Positions 54,828 to 55,699 of a stretch of DNA of 55,699 bases are shown here, piece after piece. The notes under the pieces are model-generated. The model was given only the letters and a program-made list of their open reading frames with translations. It did no database searches and had not been told where the DNA came from. The first letter of the stretch is position 1, and each line of letters starts with the position of its first letter. The DNA is taken from positions 1-55,699 of IMG/VR virus record IMGVR_UViG_3300037993_000081. The stretch is one strand, 5' to 3'. Source of the stretch: a virus (Duplodnaviria > Caudoviricetes). Made by a program: the position numbers and the translations under genes.

Positions 54828-54856
54828 AATTCTCCCCCAACTCGATTCCGTTGTCA
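54828..54856 (-). promoter_or_regulatory. Sigma70-type promoter of the replication operon
   Basis: TTGACA-17 nt-GAGAAT. Confidence 0.65.
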
Positions 54857-55076
54857 AGAGCAAATTTGCATCTTTGAATTTTTTTGGCGCGGGGTCTGAG
54901 AGTTTTCCACAGCCTAAGTGATTGACGGTTGTTTGTTGGAGCCTACGCCCAAATTTCAGAAACAGGCGAAAGACCCTACGCCAAAATGAGAAATCGCCAG
55001 TGTTTATGCGGTCGAGGGGGCGAAAGCCAAAACTGCGTTTAGTAAAATGATCGTGTCAGATGGAGGTCTGACGTGA

Positions 55077-55280
55077 ATGAAAAATCACCCCTCAGATTTT
55101 GAATCGCCATTCGGGGTTGTGATTCTAGCTGGCAATCACCGAGACGTGATCGCAAGTTGCAACTGGTGCAACTGGATCAAGACGACAGAACACACCGAGC
55201 GTAAACACTGGAGCGCAGCGTCTCGGGCACGAATGGGATTACAACTCCATGCGCTCGCAAAGCACAAAACCGAGACCTAG
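55077..55280 (+). CDS. Small Zn-binding protein
   Basis: GGAGG RBS; CNWC...H...H. Confidence 0.55.
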   Translation: MKNHPSDFESPFGVVILAGNHRDVIASCNWCNWIKTTEHTERKHWSAASRARMGLQLHALAKHKTET

Positions 55281-55291
55281 GAGTACACCCG

Positions 55292-55546
55292 ATGACTCGT
55301 CTATCGGAACGGAAAACCAAACTTCGATTCACGACCGATGCGGAGGTGCGCTATCGTGGTCGCCTCCGCTCAGTTGTGGTTGAGGTGGATAACGGATTCA
55401 CGGCTAGTGTGCGACTTGCCGGAACAAGATTGCGATATGAATTTAGCTGGCACGGGCTTCATGATTGGGCAGCGGACTTGTATGCACGCCGCGAGAGGGA
55501 TCGGAAAAAGAAGGAGCGCGAGGAAAGGCGCAAGGCGCGACTGTAA
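55292..55546 (+). CDS. Small basic hypothetical protein
   Basis: AGGAG RBS; charged helical tail. Confidence 0.6.
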   Translation: MTRLSERKTKLRFTTDAEVRYRGRLRSVVVEVDNGFTASVRLAGTRLRYEFSWHGLHDWAADLYARRERDRKKKEREERRKARL

Positions 55547-55590
55547 TTTTTCTCTTGACAGTTTTGTGTGTGTGTGCTACTTGTACGAGC

Positions 55591-55699
55591 GTGGCAAAAC
55601 TAAAACAAGACGGCAAGCCAAAATGCCCGAAATGCACGAGCACAAACAGTTACGCTCGATTGGGTGGTAGCACTCGTGTCTGTCGGGCATGTGGAACCG
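55591..55699 (+). CDS. Zn-ribbon protein running off the end (continues at 1..83 if circular)
   Basis: GTG-AKLKQDGKPKCPKC...VCRACGT; TTGACA at 55555-55560 suggests a leaderless start. Confidence 0.55.
   Translation, partial: MAKLKQDGKPKCPKCTSTNSYARLGGSTRVCRACGT

Larger units (their letters stand above)
1..55699. mobile_element. Probably complete tailed bacteriophage genome, podovirus-like
   Basis: TerL, portal, scaffold, MCP, tail, ejection and lysis genes in coherent order; no host housekeeping genes; an ORF reads across the end-start junction. Confidence 0.9.

Noticed and set aside
54480-54863. 127-aa protein-coding gene
   Set aside because: TTG start lies upstream of the promoter -35, composition is atypical and the region is dominated by RNA stems; not fully excluded
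54900-54990. DnaA box (TTTTCCACA) and CCTACGCC-AAAT repeats as an origin
   Set aside because: A single mismatched box and two short repeats are too weak to call

Overview
The window looks like an essentially complete ~55.7 kb tailed-phage genome with podovirus-type architecture: no tape-measure or tail-tube gene, and three ejection-protein-like genes. A reading frame runs across the window end into the start, consistent with a circular or permuted assembly. The minus strand carries, from high to low coordinates: small early genes, TerL, a six-gene glycosylation/methylation cassette, portal, scaffold, major capsid and decoration proteins, an adaptor, five fibre/spike-like genes, a lysis region (DUF5675), a papain-like protease, tail adaptor/nozzle/fibre genes, ejection proteins and a Cas4-like gene. 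I recognised no integrase, DNA polymerase, primase or helicase. The strongest candidate for a new system is the 14.8-26.3 kb block. There, five Cys-pair-rich tail-fibre/spike-like proteins all carry Sec signal peptides, mostly with Gln at +1, and three share a period-6 Gly tag. This suggests fibres that are exported and matured outside the cytoplasm, possibly linked to the glycosylation cassette. Other oddities are a chromosomal-type parS site without parAB, a tRNA-like cloverleaf with a CUA anticodon loop, repeated gene-junction motifs in both early regions, a ~360-nt structured leader before the replication genes, unannotated protamine-like peptides and a prepilin-like leader on an ejection protein. 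All calls are made by eye from motifs and synteny; no searches were run.
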